From NCBI GenBank assembly GCA_964016885.1, contig OZ024764.1:26350001-26414000 (forward strand): 64,000 bases of DNA, read 5' to 3'. This document shows, piece after piece, positions 62,208 through 64,000 of the stretch. A model generated the notes under the pieces. That model was not told the DNA's origin and searched no databases. It saw only the letters and a list, made by a program, of their open reading frames with translations. Position numbers and translations under genes: made by a program. This DNA is from Eledone cirrhosa. Its lineage: Eukaryota. Every line of letters begins with the position of its first letter. Within the stretch, counting starts at the first letter, position 1.

Positions 62208-62777
62208 CCACATCACTGATATCTGTGGTAAATCATTCTCTTAACTAAACACACATTCATACAGGAGAGTAACCTCATTACTGATATCTATGGTAAATTA
62301 TTCACTCACAATTGTGACCTAACAAGCTACAAACATATTCATATATGAGAGACTCCATATCACTGATATTTGTGGTTAAACGATGATGATGATGTTTGTT
62401 TGGAAAGCAGATTTAAGTTAAATATGTGTGTTATGATATAACGGACGCTAACTGGAAGTGTAGACATATAAACATTTTAAAGAAGTGGATCTGAATCTTA
62501 AGATACATTATTTATATATAAGAATATTGATGTTTAATCAAGAGCTACGAAATTTAGTAGATAAATTATGTAATATTCATTCATTATTTATATCTGGAGA
62601 GGATCTGACGCCATGCTTTGCAGCAAAGAGTTATGGCCACTTATGGTCTGAGTTCAAATCCCGCCCAGGTAAACTTTGCCTTTCATCCTTACGAGGTTGA
62701 TAAAATAAAGCACCAGTAATACACTGGGATAATTGCTGGCCTTGTGTCAAAAGTAGAAACAATTATTTATTCAAATA

Positions 62778-63308
62778 GAATTTTCAGTAAAAATTGATTA
62801 AATTCTCAACAAAAATTGACTAAAATTTCAGCAAAAATTGGCTAAATTTTCAACAAAAATTGGCTGAATTTTCAACAAAAATTGGCTGAATTTTCAACAA
62901 AAATTGGCTGAATTTTCAACAAAAGTTGGCTGAATTTTCAACAAAAATTGGCTGAATTTTCAACAAAAATTGGCTGAATTTTCAACAAAAGTTGGCTGAA
63001 TTTTCAACAAAAGTTGACTGAATTTTCAACAAAAATTGGCTGAATTTTCAACAAAAATTAGCTGAATTTTCAACAAAAGTTGGCTGAATTTTCAACAAAA
63101 ATTGGCTGAATTTTCAACAAAAATTGGCTGAATTTTCAACAAAAATTGGCTGAATTTTCAACAAAAATTGGCTGAATTTTCAACAAAAGTTGGCTGAATT
63201 TTCAACAAAAGTTGGCTGAATTTTCAACAAAAATTGGCTAAATTTTCAACAAAAGTTGGCTGAATTTTCAACAAAAATTAACTAAATTTTCAACAAAAAT
63301 TTGCTAAA
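62778..63308. repeat. 22-bp tandem repeat (ttttcaacaaaa(a/g)ttggctgaa), about 24 copies
   Basis: Direct observation; it sits between two oppositely oriented SINE copies. Confidence 0.95.
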
Positions 63309-64000
63309 GCCATGGCCTCGGACGCTCTACCGATTCTGCCAATCCACTACTAGTAATAATTGTTTCTACATTTGGCACAAGGCCAGCAATTATCCCAGTG
63401 CATTACTGGTACTTTATTTTATCGACCCCGTAAGGATGAAAAGCAAAGTTAACCTTGGTGGGATGTGAACTCAAAGCGTAAAGGGCCATAACTCTGTGCT
63501 GCAAAGCATGGCGTTTGATGCTCTACCAATACTGGCAATTCACCACCCTACTAGTAATAATAATTGTTTCTGATTTAGACACATGCCCAACAATTTTAGG
63601 GGAAGGGGAAAGTTGATTAAGTTGACTCCAGTACATTACTGGTACTTTATTTTATCTATATTAATAGATGTATACGTACCTGCTAAGTGTCGCTGTATCG
63701 CATACAATTGGGGAAAATGTAAGTTTGATAAAGATTTCTTGTAAAATTGTGTGTAAATAATATAGTTATGTGTTCCGTTTGAAATTTACTGTAAATATAT
63801 AGAAGTGGAAACGCATATAAACACCGAGAAAGTATATTAGTACTTCCAAATATACTGGGAGTCCAGCTACCAAAGGTAGGGCTGTCCTTAGACCTATGTT
63901 GATTAAATGGTGAGAGGTGTACAATCACATGTGGAGGAGGTGAGACAAGAGTTTCTGGTAGTAATGTGTACCAAAGTAGCCTTGGTGTAGGTGATGTCAG

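Noticed and set aside
63683-63928. 81-aa minus ORF ending RYSDT as a possible RT motif
   Set aside because: No supporting motifs are recognisable and the region is cut by the window edge.

Overview
Eukaryotic, AT-rich, repeat-dense animal DNA. It is most likely a coleoid cephalopod (Octopus-like), inferred from the SINE families, the (TA)n/(CAT)n microsatellites and the intronless [16 protein letters not shown] zinc-finger cluster. Left half (110-27352, +): the last nine coding exons of a clan-3 (CYP3A-like) cytochrome P450. They splice GT-AG into one uninterrupted 374-aa frame carrying the I-helix, ExxR, PERF and heme motifs; the 5' exons lie upstream of the window. Its introns and 3' UTR are filled with separate tandem arrays (27/30/33, 65, 72, 48, 61, 68 and 123 bp units), most traceable to fragments of transposable elements. 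Right half (~31700-62300, +): four tandem C2H2 zinc-finger genes (10, 18, 19 and 15 fingers). Each is preceded by a near-identical cassette: NRF1/ETS-like promoter motifs, a splice donor, an RTE reverse-transcriptase relic with a CTCF-like motif, an acceptor and a long 5' UTR. The most notable unannotated signals are (i) hammerhead-ribozyme folds and foldback termini of Penelope-like elements inserted in TA microsatellites, including a U3-A8 compensatory core variant, (ii) an antisense-related satellite pair (intron versus 3' UTR) bracketing most of the CYP coding region, and (iii) the conserved leader plus variable finger-array architecture, with every ZNF ORF ending at an AAG>TAG inside a linker. 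Most long ORFs in the supplied track are artefacts of tandem repeats. Repeat boundaries are approximate and were read by eye; no database searches were run.
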